In this document: positions 10,555 through 21,568 of the stretch, in pieces | Layout: each line of letters starts with the position of its first letter | Numbering within the stretch: position 1 is the first letter of the stretch | Notes under the pieces: generated by a model | Databases searched by the model: none | What the model was told of the DNA's origin: nothing | What the model saw: the letters and a program-made list of their open reading frames with translations, nothing else | Assembly: GCA_965235115.1 (NCBI GenBank) | Contig: OZ249441.1 | Span: 16,337,001 to 16,370,000 of the forward strand | Origin: Laetmonice hystrix | Taxonomy: Eukaryota | Reading direction: 5' to 3' | DNA: 33,000 bases | Position numbers and translations under genes: made by a program

Positions 10555-12625
10555 GTCATTTGCGAGGCGCGGCGTTGTCAACCAGTCGTTCACTCAGTGC
10601 ACTTGCACTCGGCCATGCACTGTTTGTAAACACTCCCATACGCAATGGTATTTTCAAAATAACATGTTTGTTCGCGTGACGTGTAGGCTTATACGCATTG
10701 GGCGTTCCGTTTCTAACGTTTGTTATGTATACAACACTTGTGAGTAGTTCCCCAAGCAATGGATTTCGCGAAAGGTATAAGATGACTAGGAAATACCATG
10801 ATTTGTCTTACCTTGCAGACGACACTGGCGGGGAGCGATAATACATGTGTTCGGCTTCTTCTTCGGTGTCTCACTCCAGTTGTGTCACGCGCATTTATTT
10901 ACGGGAATTATTAACGGGTTCCTACTATAGTGCGTGGGCCCATAACATGATTAACGGGAAATGAATTTAACGGGTTTGGCGTTTAGTGGGATCCCGTTAG
11001 GTGGTGTTGTGCAACGCTTTTTCACACTAACTTAACGGGGCCCACTAAACGCGACCCCGCTAACCTTCGTTATGGCATAACTAGTGGGATTTTATGCAAC
11101 GGCCCCCTGGCAAGCCCAGATTAATCGGCCTGTGTGAATATATCGGCCTCGGTCCGCCTCCACCGCCTTGTTTACGTCCTCAAGTTTCGCAGCCCTTCCC
11201 TGTCGACACTGGCAATGTAAGCCAGGCAGGCCAGGTAGCTAAATGGAATGGTATTAAGACAGTGGGTTGATAGACTCCGGGGCAATCCCCACCTCCCATT
11301 GCCAGCTGTACAAGGTGCAGCAGGGATGAGCTTTGTCATGGCTACATCCGTAGCAATCAAATCGCATAATCTCGGAGACTGTGGGCTAAGATCGGAGGTA
11401 ATCTGCACTGAAGGAGACAGCAGTTTCTGCTCTCCGTGTGAGAGATGATGTTTAGAGGTCAGAGAGCGCTTCCATGTAAGCTAGGGTCGGTTTCACCAAG
11501 GCAATGATGGCAATGATGTTAGACCCGATCTGTGGCAGGTCTTCATGGCGTATCGTCAAAACCCTCCATCAATGTTCCGACTAGTTTGTAGATGATATCA
11601 CCGTATCATATTATGTTATTGGTTACACTCGCTACATCTATAATTTTTGTCAAACCTAAATGAAATGATTCATTATTCATGTTTAAAGGTAGCTCTTGTG
11701 ACTGTTAATTAAATCCTCATCATTATTGATGGTTTCTGTAGAAACATGCAGCACAGCCAGTAAAAACTGCTGAAGTTTACCATGCAGCCAGTGTTGAATT
11801 GAAAAGGGGTAAATTGAAAAGAATTCTATATTTCTCAACACAATACATTAGGCCCAAGTACCAAAGTAAAAATGTAAAAAATATTCGCAAATTACCTTAC
11901 ATAATTTTATCCTACTGTTTTCGGAAGAAACAGTATACATTTATCTTGATTCTGAGCCCTTGTTGCACTTATTGTTTTTTAATGTGAGAATGTAAACGCG
12001 ACCAAAGATAATGCCTACAGTTCCACTGATTACAGAACCTCAATTTTCACTGCTCCGATCCCCTCTCTGGACCCTATAACTCCCACCACAGGCTGCAACT
12101 AATGGCTTACACAGACTACAACACCTACCCTGTCTCACCATGATGACATTAACACTACTCGTTACCAGGTGGGACCAAATTACCATCCTTCCAAATCATG
12201 TCTCAGTTTATTCTGCTACTTTAGGTAACGTTACCGCAGTGATTAATAATGGCCCTACACTCCTGTGTGATGAGAACGTAAATTTCCTATTCCTCCCGAC
12301 CACAAATGTCGGCAGTTGGGAATCACATACCGACAGAAGGTATAAAATCAGACGTCGTAAGAAAGACCAGCACGGATATTGCTGTTTTATAGTATCAAAT
12401 ATTCATGATGTTCGTTTAATAGCTGACATTAAACTTTTTAGACCCATGCCTAATTTTCTGTTAATATTCAAACGCTCAATCAGTCCATATTTTGTGTAAT
12501 GATGGGAGAAGCACAAGCATAGCACTAGAAGCAAGGAACATAATCTCAGCTTGACAACGAATCTCAGAATAATCTCACATACATCACAGGAATTTTGAAG
12601 GACATAGTATCAGAATTCTTTCATA

Positions 12626-13018
12626 GGGCTGGACAGTCTCGTGTCCTGGATATGCAAATGACGTAAAATAGCCTCAAACCACTTGCGCTTTGGGGACAAA
12701 CAATGTGACGTCACAAATTGCCCATAGGTTTAACATAGGCTCAGTAACAACAATTTCTAAAATCAGGCTGTAGTGTAAAAATTTATACTTCTTACATGTG
12801 AAATGTACCTTTTCATTCAATAAACTTGTTAATTAATCATATTTGTAAGGCTCGAGACTCAAAGTGCTCTCATTGGGGAGAAAAAATATTTTAAAGTTGA
12901 CAGTCGCTGGTCCCTATGGGCGTAGCAATGCTAAGCTGACGAGACTATCCTCTGTTTATCCCCATTCTCGCTCTTTCTCGCATGTTTGCCTATCTAGGAC
13001 ACGAGAACTGGCCAGCCC
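12626..13018. mobile_element. MITE (393 bp) with ~34-bp imperfect TIRs and TA TSD
   Basis: Left end GGGCTGGACAG-TCTCGTGTCCTGGATATGCAAA versus reverse complement of right end GGGCTGGCCAGTTCTCGTGTCCTAGATAGGCAAA. TA lies at 12624-12625 and 13019-13020. Inverted similarity continues inward (TGGGGA(C/T)AAACA, GCCCATAGG). Confidence 0.82.
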
Positions 13019-13631
13019 TATAATCCTGATTTACTTCATCCAGTTCGAATAAACTGAAATCACTTCACTCGTGTCTGTCTTCAGTCTACATTCACACCAT
13101 CCTGCCTTCATGCTTTTTCCGGTATATTCAATATCTCTCATCGTTTGACACATTTACGGGTTATAAAGCATTATATACTGCGCGTAGGCACATCAACATC
13201 ACTGTCTGGAGTTCTTCATTTCTTACAATCTCCATACTTAATTGTCATTCGACTATTTCCATTAGAACCATCCCTGGAAGCCTCATATCATATTGAAATA
13301 CAGCTAAGTATATTATATATTTAGCTATTTCAAAGTAAACGGTACATTTACCCATCAATATGCTAGTGTCTGGCATGTTTTAGCTAGTGTAGCGGATTAC
13401 GACTTACGAGGGGGCAGCTATTTTGTGTTATCCCTTTTCTGATGGAGTGGGTGGGTGGGGTGATTAGACGCACCCCGGCTAGGAATAATCAATACGGCCC
13501 ATCAATCCCTCCCCTCTGTCTGGTTATCAGATCGGAATCCACCGCCATCCTTGTCTAGTTTGTACTTAATCCTGGGTCAGGCAATCACAAATACCCTGCT
13601 CTTCACAACACCGACCTCACGGGACGCCCCC

Positions 13632-14157
13632 CGGTCTGCCAGTCTGAGCACCGCTTACTGCAAACACGGTCCGCCAGTCTGAGCACCGCCTACTGCAAAC
13701 ACGGTCCGCCAGTCTGAGCACCGCCTACTGCAAACACGGTCCGCCACTCTGAGCACCGCCTACTGCAAACACGGTCCGCCAGTCTGAACACCGCTTACTG
13801 CAAACACGGTCCGCCAGTCTGAGCACCGCCTACTGCAAACACGGTCCGCCAGTCTGAGCACCGCCTACTGCAAACACGGTCCGCCAGTCTGAGCACCGCC
13901 TACTGCAAACACGGTCCGCCAGTCTGAGCACCGCCTACTGCAAACACGGTCCGCCAGTCTGAGCACCGCCTACTGCAAACACGGTCCGCCAGTCTGAGCA
14001 CCGCCTACTGCAAACACGGTCCGCCAGTCTGAGCACCGCCTACTGCAAACACGGTCCGCCAGTCTGAGCACCGCCTACTGCAAACACGGTCCGCCAGTCT
14101 GAGCACCGCCTACTGCAAACACGGTCCGCCAGTCTGAGCACCGCCTACTGCAAACAC
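13632..14157. repeat. Tandem array, 35-bp unit, 15 nearly identical copies
   Basis: Unit AGTCTGAGCACCGCCTACTGCAAACACGGTCCGCC at 13641 + 35n up to 14131. Only about 5 substitutions, all in the first five units. Confidence 0.98.
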
Positions 14158-14318
14158 ACGTACAACCCAACCACGCAACATGCTATTCTGACATCACACT
14201 GTAATAACAAAACGATCAATTCGAGAAACGCCAACAAAAAGTTACTACCAAAGTTACCTGACCTGAAACTGATATGTTCCAAAAGGGATGCGTCTTGGTG
14301 GAAGACAGCAAGAACCAA

Positions 14319-15840
14319 ATCAACAAGACAGGACATCGTTACACAAAGTCAGGCCACAGCACCACGGCTGGCTGTAGTGTTCTCAGTAACACACAATCAA
14401 ATAATCAACAAGACATCGTTACACAAAGTCAGACTGAGAACGGTTCTAACCGTCACTATAATCACCCGGGTCAGGCCACAGCACCACGGCTGGCTGTAGT
14501 GTTCTCAGTAACACACAATCAAATAATCAACAAGACATCGTTACACAAAGTCAGACAGAACGGTCCTCACCGTCACTATAATCACCCGGGTCAGGCCACA
14601 GCACCACGGCTGGCTGTAGTGTTCTCAGTAACACACAATCAAATAATTAACAAGACATCGTTACACAAAGTCAGACTGAGAACGGTTCTAACCGTCACTA
14701 TAATCACCCGGGTCAGGTCACAGCACCACGGCTGGCTGTAGTGTTCTCAGTAACACACAATCAAATAATCAACAAGACATCGTTACACAAAGTCAGACTG
14801 AGAACGGTTCTGACCGTCACTATAATCACCCGGGTCAGGCCACAGCACCACGGCTGGCTGTAGTGTTCTCAGTAACACACAATCAAATAATTAACAAGAC
14901 ATCGTTACACAAAGTCAGACAGAACGGTTCTCACCGTCACTATAATCACCCGGGTCAGGCCACAGCACCACGGCTGGCTGTAGTGTTCTCAGTAACACAC
15001 AATCAAATAATCAACAGGACATCGTTACACAAAGTCAGGCCACAGCACCACGGCTGGCTGTAGTGTTCTCAGTAACACACAATCAAATAATCAACAAGAC
15101 ATCGTTACACAAAGTCAGACTGAGAACGGTCCGTCACTATAATCACCCGGGTCAGGCCACAGCACCACGGCTGGCTGTAGTGTTCTCAGTAACACACAAT
15201 CAAATAATCAACAAGACATCGTTACACAAAGTCAGACAGAACGGTTCTGACCGTCACTATAATCACCCGGGTCAGGCCACAGCACCACGGCTGGCTGTAG
15301 TGTTCTCAGTAACACACAATCAAATAATCAACAAGACATCGTTACACAAAGTCAGACTGAGAACGGTTCTAACCGTCACTATAATCACACGGGTCAGGCC
15401 ACAGCACCACGGCTGGCTGTAGTGTTCTCAGTAACACACAATCAAATAATCAACAAGACATCGTTACACAAAGTCAGACAGAACGGTTCTGACCGTCACT
15501 ATAATCACCCGGGTCAGGCCACAGCACCACGGCTGGCTGTAGTGTTCTCAGTAACACACAATCAAATAATCAACAAGACATCGTTACACAAAGTCAGGCC
15601 ACAGCACCACGGCTGGCTGTAGTGTTCTCAGTAACACACAATCAAATAATCAACAAGACATCGTTACACAAAGTCAGACAGAACGGTTCTGACCGTCACT
15701 ATAATCACCCGGGTCAGGTCACAGCACCACGGCTGGCTGTAGTGTTCTCAGTAACACACAATCAAATAATCAACAAGACATCGTTACACAAAGTCAGACT
15801 GAGAATGGTTCTCACCGTCACTATAATCACCCGGGTCAGG
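14319..15840. repeat. Tandem array, ~120-bp unit with 80-bp deletion variants, 13 units plus partial leader
   Basis: Unit starts (GTCAGG) at 14348, 14470, 14590, 14712, 14834, 14954, 15034, 15151, 15271, 15393, 15513, 15593 and 15713, ending at 15835-15840. Lengths are 122,120,122,122,120,80,117,120,122,120,80,120,122. This array explains the ORFs at 14274-15864. Confidence 0.98.
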
Positions 15841-16529
15841 GTTTGTGCTTCAATTAATAAATGACAGATACTCGTGACATCCAAGTACAATTGCCACCTA
15901 ATTTTTGAAAGCTGACACCCCCCCCCCCCCCCACAGGAAGATATCATAACAGTGGTACCTCATCTACTTCGCCCCCTTTGCATGACTCTAAATGTGTTCA
16001 GCATGCATCTGAAGTCCCCCTCCCCGGCCACTGCATGAATCCACGACATACACTCCAGGCCCAAGAGACCTATGGCCCTTGGTAGCTCTAATGGCTTTTG
16101 AGCCTGGGAGAAACTCCGAGCCATTACCTGAGACTACATTCCGAGCCATTACCTGAGACTTGAGTCTTAAAGTCAGAGTAACATTGGCTTTCCTCTACTT
16201 CTACAAGTCTTAATTGCCTATCTATTTGAATATCGTTTTTTTATATTTCCGCCGGTATGTGACTGCTTGAAAACGTTAGAAGTGTAATTTGACACAGAAA
16301 TAATTTGACACAGACCTCTTCTGAAGTCTAATATCGCTGTGTCTCAATGAGAAGGCCAATTCCACGGCAGGATTTTATTACCCCTCCTCCTATAACCAAC
16401 TCTAGTTTGTCACAGCCTGATGACATGATACAATAAATAAATCATATCAACTAAATGTAATCCAATACTACCTCGACAAATTACCGGCGAATTAGATTTC
16501 CTCACGTTTCTAATAGGTCATTACAGCAG

Positions 16530-17427
16530 CCACATAATCTATATTTATACACCCGGTCATCTCACACGGGTTGTCTTCCTGAAACATTGCCCTTCTGAAA
16601 GAAGTGCTACCCCGATCAGAGTGGGGTGACATTTCGTGCCCAGGTTGTAGGCGGCGAACGCTTCCTGCTCATCAATATCTGGAAGCAGCTGTTGTAATCA
16701 GGCAGATTATCAAAGGTCCGCCGAGCCGACTGCCGACCAAGTTGGTTGACGTTCAGTCCCAGGTGCCGAGGCGGTTGTTTGATTACAGGTATAGCCAAGG
16801 CAATCACGGTGCCTACAGGGGGGCATAATGAAGAGTGCAGGCATCTACTGAACCAAACCTTAATGGTGCCACCTAGTTACCACCGACCTAATAAGGGCGC
16901 CACTCTAGCAGAGCCACTGGTCGCCCAGTTCCAGCCAGCCTTTCAGTGTCTCCTCAATTGTGTTAGATACACAGTCAGATCACATCATTCCGCCCCAACA
17001 ATGACCCAGCATGATTTAACCCTGCTGACGCCCACCGAGCGCTGCCTGCTGCATGGCCGGCTTACCAAGCTTGCTTCCTGCCACCTAGCTTACCATCAGA
17101 TCAGGCCAGTGGTCCAACAATGGGCTCCGGCCTGACATTCTCCCTCACAGGACCACAAAACACCATGCTGGTATTACATCGGGACTACCTCCTGTACGTA
17201 TCCCCGGCTTGAAATGCCTCCCAGCCACTGAATCTGTGCTAAATCCAATCCTGCACGCTGGTCCAGTCCACAAAACAATTGACCGCACAGTAAACCCATT
17301 ACCTGCGCAAATATGTCTACATATCGAACCAGATATTGAGCAATTTGTAACAAGAGCACAGCGCCTTAATGAAATCTGTATGCCAGGTGCCCTCCGAGCT
17401 ACACTGCAGCCCTTTAAGACCAGATGA
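16530..17427 (+). mobile_element. Possible decayed non-LTR retrotransposon ORF2 fragment (AP-endonuclease and linker region)
   Basis: The frame of ORF 16746..17135, extended upstream across stops, gives in order: FLLINIWK (cf. I-x-N-I-Y), CLITGIAKA (cf. GDFNAH), NEECRHLL (cf. N-x-x-G-R-x-L), PSYHRPNKGATL (cf. PT-H...GxLDL), RSHHSA (cf. SDH), then HKTPCWYY. Order and rough spacing fit the APE domain, but the catalytic residues are altered. Recognised by eye only. Confidence 0.38.
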
Positions 17428-20106
17428 TGCTGAACATCACCTAAAGCGGTAGGTCTAACGGGTCACGTGTGACTGGGCCTCTCTTATTATCAGCACAAGC
17501 ACCCTCTGGAGGTCAGCGCTAGAAACATTAACGTTTCCTTCGGTCACAGTCCACCTTCCCGAAGCCCTTAGAACATGAAACTTGTGACCGCCTAGTTGGT
17601 GTTATAAACACCACAAATCATTGGTTTGATTAAAATCTCCGGAGAATGGTCTGATAACTGTGGTACGTAACCCACATGAGTACCTCCTGTGATTAATTGT
17701 ACTGTTTCATCAGCAACGCTCGATATTCTATTAAAATGGCAAGAGAAAACAACCTTGAGTAGGCCCTACAACTACGAGTTACAATATTCATGAGTGGATT
17801 CCCATAATATCGCGATTTAATTGCAACCGTTAATACAATCAACTAGAAACTAATAATTAACGACAAACGTAAAATTATAGATGTAAAATTTATAAATATC
17901 GAGGTCGGTGAGCAGACCGGAAATCTCCGTAGGTCCATCACCCTACCATTGATAAAACGGTTCACATTAAAATACCAGATAGTTGAGATCAAACCAGTCA
18001 ACCAGCAATATCTGTTAACTTTCAATCAAAAACTGGTGCTGCTCATCCTTTCATGCGCTGAGTCCACCAATACAAGTCAAACCTGATTAAAGAGATCCTT
18101 TTCATATACTACTTACAAGAGGACACAACTTCCTGCCGCCTCACACATTGCCGCCACCATACTGCAGTGACCAACCAGAGAAACGCTCGTCATTTCTCAT
18201 GGTATACGTCCATATAACCCTGTTTTTGAACAGTGACAGGCTAGGAATGAGGGGGTTTAGAGTGCAGGCCATGCTCTTTACAGTGGAAGGACATTGACAA
18301 ATGGTTGTCGGAGTGTCCCGTCTCCGTAGGTTGTGACAGGGGGATTGGTTACGGGTTGCTATTGTAGCACGTGACGCCTGTGATGTGCTGATGGCGTGTG
18401 TGGGAGCAGTGATCTGAGAAACCCGACGGAATCCGAGAGGACACACGTCCCAAGGCTCGTCCTGAGCACAGACCTTTGGGTCATAGAGACCGATAGAGAC
18501 AGGCATGTCAAACATCTCTATCACCCGATCTCATTCCCAAAGTACATGTATACATATTCTTACAACCATACACAAACGATGGAGGTATTAATGGGTTTGG
18601 ATTTTAGCCGTGTCAATTTGGGTTTACAGAGTTTCAGTTTCTTGGCAATTTCAACGTTGAAAAAAGGGGTCAATGATAATGAAAACATTATGGAAAATTT
18701 CAACTACCGGAAGCAAAAAAGGTTGTCAAAATAACTAAAGAACTTTGTTTTAAATTTTCTAAGTTATTTATATGCTACGCGTAAAAAATATTTCTATGCT
18801 CCAAAAAGAGGGGTTAATAAAATTTATAGGAAAAAATATTTTAAATTTAAGTGAATCTGAATCTCACAAATCACATCAAGTCTCTGCCACTTCCGCAATT
18901 AATTCTCAACCTTCGTATTATCTTTAGCTGGGAATTAATGAATGCTATAATGATTTATGAAATGGAAACCATTAATGATGCACGCATGACATGAACAAGG
19001 TATTGGTTAAAGTCCGAAAGTCCTTGTTTCTTATCAACCATTATGTTCTGCTATAACGCATTCAAAACAGAGTCAGAGAATTCAGGAAAAAATTGGTGTA
19101 ACTGTTCACACTGAGATAATTACATTAGTTTCATAACGCTAATAATACTGAGCATCAGACTCGTATCATTTTGTCATAAGTCTGAAAGGTTTCAGATGAG
19201 AAACAAAAGTCGATGCCATCAAACACGACAAGATACGTACAAAATCATATTAAACGCTCTGCACGAACCACCTGTTTCTGTAGCGTCGCGGAAATGTTTG
19301 ACAGTATTGTATTGTTGTAATGCACGGAACTGAATGCGATATTCCGAACAAGTAAATACATGTAGGGGACTAGCACAGGTCTACCGCTGGGTAACAGGCA
19401 TGTCGTGACATCCATCGACTAAACTAACATTCATCCATTCTACCCTCTACCCACCTGACGCCCCTCTCTAACTCACTACATGTACGCTGTTAACCCCCCA
19501 AAAAGTTAAAGAGGGTGAAAACGTGTACCCTTTGGGAAGAGCTGGTTCCCTCCAGCCGTTCGTTACCTGTCTGTCTGCTCTTGATCTGTTGTCATTACAT
19601 TTTAAAAAAAAACACCACTACGGACCATCAATGCTAGTGGCTGCGAGGTGGCACCAAAGAGTTACAAACGTCATTGATCTAACCGTACCCGTGAACGTAT
19701 CCCTCCTACCACACCAATTAATATCGACTTGGACACGGCAATTATTATCGACGGTGAAACACTACCAGGCAAGTATACGCCATCAATCGCCCGGGGCCAG
19801 GCATGCCGAGCTTTCTAACAGCATTCTCTGTGTACTCATCGACACACGCCACTCGGATGGAATACGTATTCAAACCCTGGCAGGAAGGTAGGCCGTCTGG
19901 ACCGACTCACAAGTGAACGCGAGACGTGCGATACGTAGGGCGAGGCGGCAGCAAGCAGAACAACTCTGAACCAGTCATGAGATTTTGACCTTTCCTGAAC
20001 ATACAATAAGAGATAGAAAAGTACCCACATCTGAACTTTGGCTACTTCAGTCAGAGCTCAGATTCCGTGTTGTCTCATTGGAAGTTCGTACATGAAAACA
20101 TTTTAA

Positions 20107-20322
20107 AGGGGCACAACTGGAAGAACCGCACTTTCGATTGGCTTTTGAGTCTTTTGTGAGGCATTCTATACTAAACTGCTTAACTACTGAATAAATCCAC
20201 TTTGGGGGCTGCCTGTGACTTGATTACAGAGCAACCAACGATATTTTCTAGGTAGGGATATTTATTTCGGACCTCGATATCATATAAGAAAAATGCAAAG
20301 TCAGTCGAAATATTGCGTCTCT
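20107..20322. mobile_element. Kolobok-like non-autonomous element (216 bp)
   Basis: TTAA flanks both sides (20103-20106 and 20323-20326). Termini AGGGGCACAA versus reverse-complement AGAGACGCAA (7/10 match, differences are transitions). A TTAA TSD with purine-starting short TIRs is the Kolobok pattern. Confidence 0.45.
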
Positions 20323-21164
20323 TTAACCCTCTTAACTGCCCCGCAGCTGAAATTTATAGTACCTCAATACCATAAATGATGCACGTTCTTTCCCATAAGC
20401 ATGTCCTTCAAAGCCCTCCGTCAATCTCCGCATATAATATCCTCTGGCAAATACTCTCAGAAAAACAAGCACCCTCTGCTACTGCGTGCGTTTCTCGGTC
20501 ATATCTACCGACCTGCGCTGCAACTGTGTAAAGCCAGAAACAAATTATTTCCTGGCAGAGAGCGATTGTTCATATGTTTCCAGAAATGGAGTCCAGAAAT
20601 GGAGTCCTCTACCTTTTCTCCGACCTATCCTGATTTGGGTCCCCGCTTTAAGTCTCCTTGCCAGTATTGTGGGGTCCATCTAGATTTTACGAGATTTTAC
20701 GTCTTAGGCCAAATATGAGCCCTTTCACCCACGCTTGTTTTAACCGTTTTGAAGCACAAATTTTACTTCGTACAAGGATTTCGAGCCCCTAAATTATCTG
20801 CTTGCTCCAGCTGTGCGCAGTTATTGCAGGTGGTCAGGGACAATATGCAGAATGACCTCTCTGAGTCACAGGTACATTGAGCGGCTAACTCGTGGAAATC
20901 CATAATGTTCCTATTTGTTTGTTGGGTAGTTTATACACAAGTGTTCAGTGCCTTACCTCGTCCCCTCCCAGCCCGACTAACCACTGGTTCTCACGTCTTC
21001 CCACCAGTAAACCTTGTGTTGGCTCTGACCATGCGGGCATCCGCGAACAATGTCCGCTAAATACGAATAACATGGTAGCGATAACGGCTCATGAATACCA
21101 ATACATGTCTGCAGCGCATGCACAAACTATAGTAGTTCACAGTTCCGTGCATTGAGGGATCATG

Positions 21165-21346
21165 CTCCACCCACTGAAGCTCACGCCTGTAGATGACGTC
21201 CAATCTGTTGGATCACGGTTCACCGCATTGAAGCTCATACCTTAACCACTGTAGCTTGCTACGTCAGACAATGCTCAACCCGACGTTCAACCCAGTGAAG
21301 CACAACTTCATTTACTGGAGCGCATACATAATCAACTGAAGCTCAT
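21165..21346. repeat. Highly degenerate recurring motif (TGAAGC(T/A)CA x4)
   Basis: TGAAGCTCA at 21175, 21229 and 21337, and TGAAGCACA at 21296. The first three of these positions have similar upstream context (CTCCACCCAC, TTCACCGCAT, TTCAACCCAG). Spacing is irregular (54, 67, 41 bp). Confidence 0.4.
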
Positions 21347-21568
21347 GGTACCACTCACAAGATTCGTGCCTATATATGCAAGCTCTTACACATACAGTGA
21401 TCTAACAATACACCGAGCATGGTTGTAACAAATAATATGGGGATTACAAATCATAGCTCCGTGATTCCTCACTTACATGATGTGTCATAACAATACTGTC
21501 TTGATGTGACGGTCAATTAAAGCTGCACTGTCCTCAAATGGCAAAATGGCAAAAGAGATACCCGTCCT

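Larger units (their letters stand above)
8742..11106. mobile_element. Non-autonomous PIF/Harbinger-type DNA transposon with nested insertion
   Basis: Perfect 17-bp TIRs: GGGGCCGTTGCATAAAA (8742-8758) and TTTTATGCAACGGCCCC (11090-11106). 3-bp TSD CTG at 8739-8741 and 11107-11109. Subterminal TAACGGG/CCCGTTA motifs are clustered at both ends. A CWG/TWA 3-bp TSD with G-rich TIR ends is characteristic of PIF/Harbinger. No transposase ORF. Confidence 0.88.

Noticed and set aside
12140-12499. 119-aa ORF
   Set aside because: No recognisable domain or splice context; the length is attainable by chance in six frames of 33 kb.
1-15840. CRISPR-like interpretation of the tandem arrays
   Set aside because: Units are contiguous near-identical copies with no unique spacers, there are no cas genes, and the context is eukaryotic.
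14274-15864. ORFs of 66-155 aa across the 120-bp array
   Set aside because: Read-through of repeat units; unit lengths of 122, 117 and 80 bp shift the frame, and each TAG-containing frame recurs.
18141-18524. 127-aa minus-strand ORF, and a CUB-like SDxxxxxGF on the plus strand
   Set aside because: Isolated short resemblance without the conserved Cys/Gly pattern; the plus frame has several stops.
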